This document shows positions 11,201-21,400 of a DNA stretch of 64,000 nucleotides, piece by piece. A program made the translations under genes and the position numbers. The stretch is from Paraspadella gotoi (taxonomy: Eukaryota > Animalia > Chaetognatha): contig CM119265.1 of the NCBI GenBank assembly GCA_051294375.1, forward strand, positions 4,223,025 through 4,287,024, given 5' to 3'. The notes under the pieces were generated by a model. It was not told the origin of the DNA and did no database searches. It saw only the letters and a list, made by a program, of their open reading frames with translations. The first letter of the stretch is position 1, and each line of letters begins with the position of its first letter.

Positions 11201-12482
11201 AAATTTTGTGTGTGCGTAGGGAAGTGTGTGATTGAGCTAGATATGAAGTTTCGATGGAATCGTCCGAGTGGAAATGAGTTTAAATGGAAAAAACAAAAAA
11301 ATATATTTCATATTTGAATGCCAATTACTCCTAAGTGGATGGGGCGATTGGTATGAAATTTTGTATTTACGTAGAAAAGTGTGTGATTAAACTTGAAATC
11401 AAGTTTCGATGGAATCGTTTGAGTGGAAATGAGTTTAAATGGAAAAAACAAAGAACCTGTTTCACTAATTGATTATGCTTCTTTTTCTTTTTATTTTAAA
11501 TGTAAATGCAAGATGTATTAATTAATCAAATAATTAATCAGTTAATTAATAAATTAGTCAATTAATTAATCAATAATTAATTAATCAGTCAATTATTCAA
11601 TCAAAACAAACATTTCGGATCAAATTAATTAATTAATTGCCAAATTAATTAAATATTTAACTTGAATTAATTTGATATTAATCAATTAATTAATTAATTA
11701 CCGATAATGATCGTGGGCAGATCCGATATTGTTTGCTCAAACTTGTTTCAAATCAATTTTAAACATTTGAAACTTTTCCAACAACCTCAGAGGGCTTCTA
11801 TGATAATAAGCATACAAGAAAAAGTTGTTTTTGCCAAAAAAGAGAGGTTTATCCGGAAATTTAGTCCATTTGGATCAAAATTTCACCAAAATGGACTAAT
11901 TCACTTTACCATGATCGTATCATATTAAAATAACCAAATAAAATGTAAAGAAAAATTTGAGAGCCCTTCAGACTATCGGATTCCTGAATTCGAAGTTTTT
12001 TTTAAAATCACAAAATGTGTTTAATGCTTTTGCAACGGCCGGGAAACGAACCCGGGCCGCCAGCGTGGCAGGCGAGCATTCGACCGCTGAACCACCGATG
12101 CTGTTGTATAGCCTGAAATTCTAATTACAATAACATTTTAGAAGATAATTTAAACAAGAAAAATAAAGGAAGCAAGTGTAACAAAGACATTGCAAAAGTC
12201 TTAGCATTTACTTTTTTTTCTTACCCCTTTCCCTCCACCCCTCATCACTTCCAGGTTCAGTTCATCACCAACGTCTGTCTCCCCTGCTACCGCGTGTTGA
12301 GCCGCGTCGTTCCCGAGGCTGAAGAGATGGTCGCCGGCGCCGAGACCAACCTCGCGCACTGGCGTGCCCTCGCGGCCGATCTCGACAAATGGCGTGACAT
12401 GGCGCCACGGGCGAGTGACGCTCCTTGCGGCAGCGGGGGAAGGGGCGTGAAGGATGAGGAGGCGGCCGACGAGACGGGGTGA
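1527..12482 (+). CDS. PDE10A: GAF-domain class I cyclic nucleotide phosphodiesterase, PDE10A-like (5'-partial, multi-exon)
   Basis: Exons read by hand: ~1527/1536-1657, 2131-2242, 2457-2537, 2626-2906, 3375-3530, 4814-5056, 5798-5977, 6165-6254, 7398-7539, 7925-8160, 12255-12482(TGA). GAF-B motifs: [55 protein letters not shown]...F...DE. Catalytic motifs: [52 protein letters not shown]10 assignment is from recalled similarity to human PDE10A. Confidence 0.9.
3528..4400 (+). repeat. 32-nt minisatellite, ~27 copies, each containing AAG|GTGAG(C/T)
   Basis: Unit GTGAGCGGGAAGAGTTTGATTGGTTGTTAAAG starts exactly at the donor of PDE exon 3375-3530. Confidence 0.95.
5334..5416 (+). mobile_element. 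Helentron-like family B terminal fragment plus (GAC)n tract
   Basis: TTTTTATCGAGCC...GGCTATA followed by (GAC)n. Related ends occur in reverse orientation at ~27270-27367, ~29445-29552 and ~33570-33700. Confidence 0.5.
6353..7095 (-). mobile_element. Non-autonomous Helentron (DINE-1/HINE-like) family A, near-complete copy
   Basis: One end is the hairpin AGTCGGGATCTGC-TGAAA-GCAGATCCGACT next to an A run. The other end has the subTIR TGTCGGATCTGC and the short stem-loop GTTTGAGCAAAC. Internal ~120-150 nt tandem units (CCATTTAAACTCATTTCCAC...). This architecture matches DINE-1/HINE elements. Confidence 0.8.
8175..8292. repeat. (AAT)n microsatellite
   Basis: About 39 units just after the PDE donor at 8160. 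Confidence 0.97.
8601..8674 (-). pseudogene. tRNA-Ile(AAT)-derived pseudogene
   Basis: Reverse complement GGCCGGTTAGCTCAGCTGGTTAGAGCGTGGTGCTATTAACGAAAAGGTCGCGGGTTCGCGCCC matches animal tRNA-Ile over the 5' two-thirds. The anticodon reads ATT, and the anticodon stem and 3' acceptor strand are degraded. Confidence 0.8.
8735..9360. mobile_element. Imperfect palindromic (fold-back/MITE-like) element
   Basis: Nested inverted blocks centred near 9045: AAGGCGTAGT/ACTACGCCTT, GAACAACAT/ATGTTGTTC, GCAGTAGGC/GCCTACTGC, GCAGATTTG/CAAATCTGC, TTAAGTGGGT/ACCCACTTAA. A second partial copy lies at 56127-56483. Confidence 0.8.
9458..9500 (+). pseudogene. tRNA-Val(AAC)-derived 3' fragment
   Basis: GCCTAACACGCAGAAGGTCCCAGGGTCGAAACTGGGC matches the anticodon and T arms of tRNA-Val(AAC). 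The 5' half is degenerate. Confidence 0.65.
10186..10703 (-). mobile_element. Helentron family A, partial copy
   Basis: Same internal units, GGAC microsatellite and terminal hairpin as 6353-7095. Confidence 0.8.
10972..11749 (+). mobile_element. Helentron family A, near-complete copy
   Basis: TTTTTAGTCGGATCTGC...GCAGATCCCGACT, then (GTCC)n, then internal units, ending GCAGATCCGATATTGTTTGCTCAAACTTGTT. Confidence 0.85.
12031..12101 (-). tRNA. tRNA-Gly(GCC), full length but probably a pseudogene
   Basis: Reverse complement GCATCGGTGGTTCAGCGGTCGAATGCTCGCCTGCCACGCTGGCGGCCCGGGTTCGTTTCCCGGCCGTTGCA. About 5 differences from the recalled invertebrate tRNA-Gly(GCC), including A58 and stem mismatches. 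Confidence 0.85.
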
Positions 12483-13589
12483 ACCTCGTTATCGCATCCG
12501 CTTTGACTGTTTTTCCAAAATTACAAAATGCTACAGTAAACTGCTACAAAAATAACTTTTATTGCTTCAAACTTTTTTCTAAACGAATGGCAGAAGTTTT
12601 AAGAGCAGCCAACTTCAAGAGAATTTATAGGTTCGCCAACCAACTTGAAAAAAAAATTTTTACATCGGTCAAAGTTTCTATAAATAACTGTGGACCCACG
12701 ACTACATCAACGATGAAGACGAAAACTATGCAACCTTTATAGATATGTCGCTCCACGCTTAGAAAAAAATCCGAAAGAACGAAGCGGTTTCTGATAATTT
12801 TGGTTCCTAGCAATTTTTGCACCAGTAGCGCAGTAAATATTACAAAACCATGGATGATTTCTGAAACTGCAGTGTTTGGGCTATCCAACGCAGCCGGAAC
12901 AAAGAAAATCCATAAAGGTATTGACTAAAAAATGCTGAAAATAAACATGCCGCTGAGTCTGAATCCTTTTTAATTTTTTTTTATTTTGTGGTATTTACTG
13001 TAGTCAAATAAATATACAGCGGTCATGCACTGATTCCGATTCTGTTGGGTTTAGCCTAACTTTCAAGCACATAACTAAAAAAATAAATTGACATCATAGT
13101 AAGAAATAATAGCAATTAATCAAAATTTTTTTCTCAAAATTTGTTGTCATTTTTGTTTCTTACTGTTTTTTCCCAAACATGCCCTTTAAAATTATAAAAA
13201 TAAAGATTAGCTAATGAAAATACAATGTCTTAGGTACATTTCGTTGCCCGAACAAAGAAAATTCATTGATATCATAGTATCAATAAGAGCCTTGAAATAA
13301 CTCATTTTCTTTGCAATTTACCCCTTTATTGATAAAAGCCTTGTATTATAATAAAAAATAAAAACAACAATTTTACCATACAGCTACATGCATTAACGTG
13401 TTATTAAAAGATTGTAGTGCTTTTTTTAATAAAAAATTGTTATATTAATATAGCTAATGGGCATTATGCAAATTTGCATCTGAAGATGACAAAAATTTAA
13501 AAATCTGATGATAGTCTTTTAGCCCTATGTCAGTAGTTTTTAAATCAGCCGGTACAAAGTTTGAACTCCTAAATTTTTATATTTAAATC

Positions 13590-13760
13590 AGTAGAAGAAG
13601 TTTGAATTTGTTTACAAACAATTTTTCTATGGCGCTGAAGAAGGCTTGTAATTTAAAGCCGAAACATGTACGTCCCTGTGTACCAATAAAATCGTTGTTG
13701 TAAACAAATTCAAACTTCTTCTACTAATTCAAACACAACAAAACGAAAGGAAATTCGCGA
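13590..13760 (+). mobile_element. Penelope-like pseudo-LTR fragment with a minimal hammerhead ribozyme motif
   Basis: CTGAAGA-A-GGCTT(loop)AAGCC-GAAAC-ATGTAC-GTC at 13635-13674, followed by AATAAA. Flanked by the inverted repeat AGTAGAAGAAGTTTGAATTTGTTTACAA / TTGTAAACAAATTCAAACTTCTTCTACT. Confidence 0.7.
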
Positions 13761-14627
13761 TGCATATTTAAATCATATGTTTTTTAAGGTTCCTACATGA
13801 ATCTTTAAAAATTTTTTGTTTTCAACAAAATGATAATTGATTATCCTTAGTAATTATATAAACATTTGAAGTATAGAAAATTTTTGTTTATATCAGAATC
13901 ATAATTCAATCTTTCCTCTTTCAGAATCTATATTTATTTATTTTTTTAAATACGGCCAAGTGTGTTTAATTTAATTTCAAAAGTTGTTATACTTTGGACT
14001 AAGATTCCGATCCAGAATTTAAAAAAATCCTTTGAAACATTTGAGAAAAATTATATTGAAAAGATTCCCCATAATTATGGCTTTAATATGATACCAGTCT
14101 CATTGTTTTATCATTTTTGCTTCAAAAGATATCTAAGAAAATCAATTTTTTTATTACCAATTAAGTCACTCGGCCGAAGCTAAAAATTTAAGTGGAACCA
14201 AAAAGAAAATTTAACCAACGCAGATTTGTTTAAAAATCGGGCGTGGAAAATGACAATTTTTTGTAGATTATTTTTCAACGCGAGGGTCGAATGATTTTAA
14301 ATGTTACATCCACAATATTGACATCATTTCCTATCAGTAAATGTAAAAATATTTAAAATAAAATGATAAGCGACCAGGTAACTTGCCTATCTAACCTTTA
14401 TAAGCAACGAAACAATACAACATGAATGACATTAATTTACTGCGTGAAGGTAACAATTTTATTGCTGTAAAATTCGTACAAATATGAAACTGCTATTTTG
14501 TTTCTTGGCTTATCTGGCTTCGTCGAGCGACATCTTTCGAAAACAAAAAACCCGGAATCATCTGAGTTCTGACGTCGAGATTACACTGTTAAACTCAAAT
14601 TTTGCTTCTCTTTCTTTTCTCTCTCTT

Positions 14628-14661
<34 letters not shown>

Positions 14662-15278
14662 CTTCTTTCTACTGTCTAGTCAAAAGAGTAAAAATATTTA
14701 AAAAAATCAAAACTAAACTTGTTTCGAGACATTGACTTTTTCCTCATGTTTTGGATGTCATCATTTATCGTGTTTACAAATTATAGTTATTTTCGTTTTA
14801 AAACTTTTTTAATGTTACATTTGTGTAGACATAACAACAATTTATGATGATTACATACAGTTACGTTTGCGATTTCCATCAAAAATATTGTTAACAAGAT
14901 AGGATAAGTTCTTACGTACATAAAAAAAATAGAAAAAATGAGCAAAAAACTACATATGGCGAACGGCCACCACGCGCGTCTGCGCCTCACTAGTTCGTTC
15001 AAAGGATAAAAATGTTTTCCAAGAACAAAATCTTAATAAATAGATATTCCATAGAATTCAATAGAGTATCTATATGCATTAACAAGTAAAAGCAGTAACA
15101 GATAATACTAACATCAATAAGGAATAACACAAATCAATAAACATTAAAAATTAGAATAGTCAAGTATTAAACTGTAGTTGTAACAGTAAATGTGTAGAAC
15201 AAATCATTTACAAGAAGAACTCTATGGAAAGATAAGAATGAGAACCATTGAAATACTACTAGTGGACTCTAGTAAAAT

Positions 15279-15460
15279 ATTATGGTGGACTAAAATCCAC
15301 TAACCGTTCATCAGCGGCCATTGGTGCCGGAGGCGAGTCATTCGCCTCCCAACCCAAAGGTCTAGGGTTCTAACCCGGTGGTCGTCCTAGCAGTTAAGAG
15401 GGACGGGGCGCTTAACCCGCCTGTAACACGGTGTTACAGCCTGATCCGAAGCTCAGGAAC
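15279..15460 (+). mobile_element. tRNA-derived SINE-like repeat
   Basis: tRNA-like head GCGGCCATTGGTGCCGG...CTCCCAA...GGTTCTAACCCGGTGGTCGT. A near-identical copy lies at 46152-46310 and a partial reverse-complement copy at 19665-19745. Confidence 0.7.
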
Positions 15461-15571
15461 TGCTTATATTAAACGGTTCTATCACTAACACATGACAATA
15501 ATTACTGTCTCTTCAATATCTAGTCGGGCATTCCCTATGTTCACCACGCCTATAAGCATGACACCTTCAGT

Positions 15572-15725
15572 CGTGTCGCGGTGGCTTATTGAGTAAAGCC
15601 ATCAGCTCATGACCACCAGGTACCGGGTTCAATCCCAACCCGGTACCTACCCTGCGGGAAGCGTGAGGGCGTTGAAAACCCTCAAGCCTGGTTCCTAACA
15701 CAGGTCCCGCTCCATGGCCACAGAT
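15572..15725 (+). mobile_element. Second tRNA-derived SINE-like element
   Basis: A-box-like GGTGGCTTATTGAG, CTCATGA loop and B-box GGTTCAATCCC. Confidence 0.5.
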
Positions 15726-16355
15726 ATATGGTTGTGATGTTCTTTTCTTTTAACATAATCAGAATAATATAATTGAAATAATTATTGTTAATTTGTATAT
15801 TAGTTTAAAGGTAAGTTTATTTATAATATCAATTGGCGATTTGACCAACTCCCTCGGCTTCGAAGGCGTAGAATCAAATCATACATACATATGTAATGAC
15901 TAACTAAGACATTACCCTACTGGCACTGTTATAAACCAATAAAAAAAATTTTAACTATAAAAAAAATAAAAACCATTATTGAAATAGTTTATTTTGTTTT
16001 AAATCCATTTAAATCCATTTCCACTCGGACGATGCCATCGAATCTTTATTTCCAGCTCAATCACAGACTTTCCTACCCTCATACAAATTTCAAGTCAATC
16101 GTCCCATATACTCAGGAGTAAATGGCGTTCAATGCGAAGGGACGGATTGAAGAACATCGTTTTTTTTGAATAATTTATCATAATATCATAATTTATCATA
16201 ATTTATCATAATTAATCATAATTAATCATACTTCAAGTAAATATGACTTTCCATTTAAACTCATTTCCACACGCACGATTCCATTTGTTTTTACAACAAA
16301 TTACATTGACAGTTTTTAGCAGACATTTTTCGACTTTAGAGTCTTCATTAACAAG

Positions 16356-17040
16356 TTTTTAGTCGGATCTGCTTTCAGCAGATCCCGACTCAATAATTCA
16401 CTTTGTCGGTCCGTCAGTCCGCCCCCTCAATCTGGTCGGGCATTCACTTACATCATGTCAGAACATCGAATTATGATAACTTACACTGTCTGTCCGTCCG
16501 TCCCACCTTAGCAAAAAGCTCTAATAACTCTTGATTGGGTGGTTGGATTGGAAAGAAATTTTGTGTGTGGGTAGGAAAGTGTTTGACGAAGCTTGATATA
16601 AAGTTTCGGCGGAAAAATACGAGTGGAAATGAGTTTATATGAAAAAAATATGAGTCACATTTACTTGAATCTTTTTACTTATTTTAACCCATAATAGATT
16701 GAGATGAAATTTTGTGTGCGGGTAGGAAAGTGTATGAAGAAGCAAGATATAAAGTTTCGACGGAATTGTGGGAAATGGGAAAAACATAGGTCACATTTAC
16801 TTTAATCTTTATTATTTATGATTACTAATAAATATTTTAATTAATAAATTAATTAATGTGAAAAAATTATGCAATTTAATAAAAATGATGCAAGTTAAAA
16901 AAAAGATGCAAGTTAAAAAAAATGATGCAAGTTGAAAAAATGATGCGAATTGTAAAAATTATGTGAGTTAAAAAAATGATGCGAGTTAAAAAAAATATTA
17001 AAAAAATTTGATTTATCATCTGATTAGCTGATTACCGGAC
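16356..17040 (+). mobile_element. Helentron family A copy with internal ~20-nt minisatellite
   Basis: 5' hairpin AGTCGGATCTGC-TTTCA-GCAGATCCCGACT, GTCC repeats and ATGATGCAAGTT repeats. Confidence 0.75.
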
Positions 17041-17992
17041 AGGGAAGGAGTGAGTTTGGTGAAATGTAAAATTGAGAGAGAATGGGAGAGAGAAAGAGAG
17101 AAATCTTTACGTTTGATAATGTACAACAGTGATAAAGGAAAAGAAAATAAATTAGAAAACTTAAAAATTAAACTAATAATAACAACCTAACATCAGGAGC
17201 CTTCTATTGGGCGGCCTGTGCCGGCGTGGGCAACCAACCCTGCACAGCAGCATACATGGGCAATAGGGCGTTTAAAAATAACAAAATATAACAAATCGAA
17301 TAAGGTACATAGTAGAGTTACCAACCTCATCAAACTCTATACAAAGTTCTCACTCGGTTCGGTTTCCCATTATTTGTTGACTTTAACTCATTTTGAAACC
17401 CTGAATAAGGAAAAAAATGTTTTGGTTAATGAACCCAATTGAGCGTCAAAGTCAATGAGTAGTGATGCAAAAAAAAATGTTTAAAAATGAACGAATTTCA
17501 TCTAATGAAGTGTTCTTACATGCTTTAATATAAAAGTTTTACACTATTAACTGCTAGAAAACTTAGCTGGCTGATTTTCCTAAGCTTGTCATATTAGATT
17601 AAAAGAATATCTCATGATTATGGGGCGTGGCCTTAACCGGAAGTGAGGTTTTACGTCAAATTGTGTTCAAATTTCGACGAAATTAAATTTAAATACAACA
17701 ATTACAAAATTTCTAGTGCTTTTTAGGAATAAGATGGCATGTAATGGGATGATATTGAACTGGAAGAAGAGTGTTACAAAAATGTGTTCCCAAAATCTAA
17801 TGAATTCTCCATAATAAACAACGCGATTAGTCATCCTATCTATGTCTTAACAACTATTAATTTTAAAGCTTTTTTACGGTGAGTTAGTGATATTGGTGAG
17901 GGTTTTTGTGGATTAAATGGGATCATCATGTTGGAAACTCTCCCCCTCTCTCTCTCTCCCTCTTTCTCTCTCCCTCTTTTTCTCTCTCTCTT

Positions 17993-18057
<65 letters not shown>

Positions 18058-18091
18058 CTTAATGTTAAAGAGAAAAAGCTTGTTAATTGTC

Positions 18092-18180
18092 AAACACTGA
18101 TGAAGACTCTAAGGTGCAGAGTCGAAACATTTCTGATAAAAAACTGTCAATATAATTCGTTGTAAAAACAAATCAAATTG
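18092..18180 (+). ncRNA. Minimal hammerhead ribozyme-like motif (Penelope-associated)
   Basis: CTGATGA-A-GACTCT(AAGGTGC)AGAGTC-GAAACATTTC-TG. Related copies at ~16285-16350 (-), ~24200-24275 (-) and 46313-46350 (+). Confidence 0.65.
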
Positions 18181-18448
18181 TTTTTCTCTTAATTCCCAAA
18201 AAACAACAAAATCGAAATTCAATACACAATGCATAATTTATCATAATGATAGAGTCGGGATCTGCTGATAAATTTATTTGTTTATTTGTCTGTACCAAAG
18301 TAACAGTTCACTTTAATCCCTTGCAAGCGATTTACATGTATTGGCGCAGACACTGGTTTGTTATGGTACGATCTGTTATGATCAGTGAGCATCACAAATT
18401 TAAAGAATTATCATGCTTTATCATCCGATAAGGCTGATTACCGCTTAA

Positions 18449-21400
18449 TTATTGTTTGCAGATCCGACATTGTTTGCTAAAACTTGTTTTCTTATTTCCT
18501 TCCATTAAAATAGCGATAACGATGAGAAGCAAAAGAGCAATAGCCTAAAAAAATAGTAATACAAATAAAAGTAACATTTTTTTATTAACCATTTTAACTA
18601 TGATAAAAACATCTCACCTGAGACAGAGCTATTCCGCTCCAAAGAATACTGTAGTCATTTGAAGAAAGTTTTTCTGGGGAACCGGAATCTGCCGTAGCTT
18701 CCATGACGCGAGAGAGAAAGTTCGGGATCACTAGACCAGAGACGCCGCATGTGAATCGAGCCCAAGCGATGGCTGGGCCGATTTCCGATCCGTAGATATC
18801 AGCAATCACCGTCCAAAATATCACAAGCCTGGTATTGGTAAAATTGAATCAGTTACCAGTTCATTAACTAATTAACCGCCTCAAAATCGAAGTTTAAGGG
18901 GACCCATTGATAAAAATGATATCATAAGCTAAAGGAATTTGAATGATGATAATCTTTTTTTTTTTCCAAGGAAACTGGTTTCTTTTATTCTAGTGGAAAC
19001 AAAAATTTAATAATTATGAAAAAAAATTAATATTTATATGATCCATTGTTTTTTTTTGTAATAGAAAATATTTTTATTTTTTTAACTATTAACTAATATT
19101 CAACCCTTAAAAATATTAATAAACTATATTAATTCCTAATTATAACAATTCAGAATTTAACAAAAGTACATATATATATTATAATATATATTATATTTAT
19201 ATTACTTCAAAGGGTTTTATTTTTATCAAATTAACAGAATCACTTGAAAAAAAAGTTTAAATAAAATTAGTCCATACCTTATATTTTGATTCATTCCTAA
19301 TTTTTTTTATTATAATATTTTTTAATAAAACCTGAAACCTTTTTACAGTATGAGTGTTAAACTAAGTCAAAATTATAATAAATTTTAAAACTAATAAAAC
19401 CCTATAAAAATAAAATAAAATTAAATTCTTTTTAATGATTCTTAAAGAAAAATGGCTAAATTGTACTCTAATAAAACTTTTAAAGTTTTTTGAAAATATA
19501 ATTATTTTTCACTTAAATATTTGCTTGTCCAATTTTATAAGAATGCTTACAAAATTGAGGGATGTTTACTGAAAGGAGCTGGAACTTCTTCACTTTAATG
19601 TTATTTTTCAATAATAAAATAGGTGAATTTTTTAATTATTTAACTCTCACATGCTTCACATGCTTTTGGGTTGGGAGGCGAATGACTTGCCTCCGGCACC
19701 AATGGCCGCTGATGAACGATTGGTGGATTTTTGTCTACCATAATATAAATATAAAATATAAATAACACCTTGATATCTTTTTTTTTCAAAAGTTATTTAA
19801 GAAAATAACTTTTTTTACCATTAAAGAACTAAGGATTTGAACTTCGCAGTACAAATCTTTGTTAAATAAAAATTTTGGCAAAGCGGGAGTATCACACTTA
19901 ATCTTATTGGTACAATACTTTAATTTTGATATAAAACTTGAAGAAAAATTTTACGTCATTTAGAGATATCACTTTTAGTTGTACCCATAGTATAATTCAT
20001 TTATGGTAAATGCTTGAAGAAAAAAGAAAAACGTTTTCTCTCTTTTTTTAAATCTTTAAAGAAACTCAAAAATTATATTCTGATAAATTTTGCCTTTCAA
20101 GGCTGAAGTTTATGACCATATCTCGGAAACTATTGTAGGAATTTTAAAACGGTTTTTTGTAAGTGAATATTGACATCATCCTCCAGGGACTGGCATAAAA
20201 ATGTATAAAAAAGTTAATTAAAATTAGCTCTCCTATGAGGTATCTACTTTAAGGGTTCGGGATTTAAGAGTATCAGAGTTAGGTATTAGGATTATGGAAT
20301 AATAATTAATTAAGTTTTAAATGAAATATTAAGACAAAAGATTAAAGTTAAATATTTAAGTTAAAATTAAGTTCAGCAATTAGGAATACAAATGGGGCGT
20401 TTTCGGAAAATAGTTCCGATTACCATCCGCCGAAATTAAAGCTGGATGAAGTGAAAGCGACAAGGAGACCGACGTAGGATGAGACGTGGGGGACGAGAGA
20501 GTTGGACACAACCGGAAGAACTGAATTGAAGATCAGGAAATAAAAACGATTCTCTTCGACGAGACGATGGGGAATGTTCAGCACCAAACTGATAGGAAGA
20601 AATGACCGCATTGGCTTCGTTTTTGAGGCCATCTGGTTGGAATTTGCGACTGCGATTCTCATTGCTTTCATTGCAAACCTGAAGAAGACGATTCCGGCGA
20701 AATCGCCTCCTCCCATGAAAGACAAAATTTCTGCTGATTTGGATGAATTTCCAAGTTGGTGAATTTCCGTGGCGGGGGAGGGTCCTGGCAATGAGAGATT
20801 CTGGGGGAGGGGGGGGAGAGATCATCCCAGATGGAATTGGAACCAAGAATAGAATCGGATCCGCGACTCGGATGAAATCCCTGCTGATTCACACAAGAAA
20901 GCGCGATGGGGCGTCTAACGATCCGAAGCTCGGGACCTTGTGTGCAACGGACGGTGAACTGCTCGCGACATCGTCTTCCACACCGGCATAAAATTCGATT
21001 AAGTTATATATAATTCAAATTCTTATGAATTCATATAACAGTCGTAATTATTTTATTTAGGCGCGCATTCCTTTGTATTTAATCATTCGAAATATACAGG
21101 GAGGTGTGTTGGAACTAACTTCAGGAGCTTATAGCGCCAAAACGGTTTATGGTATAAGAAACACTAAGAAATATGTCATATGCTTTTCGCGCCGGTTCTT
21201 TAAAAAAACTTTAGAAAATTTTGGCAAAGCTCAAGAAGAAAAGTGACCGCGCAGTTTCCCTGACTGCAATCCCCCTGAATAAAGAAAATGTAGAATAGAG
21301 ATGCAGATGCAAAATGTCCCACGCATCCCTTCAGAACTTCTGACAGCGGGCATAGTACCAGGAATAGCAGTATTCCCAATGGACGTGGTCACAAAAGCAT

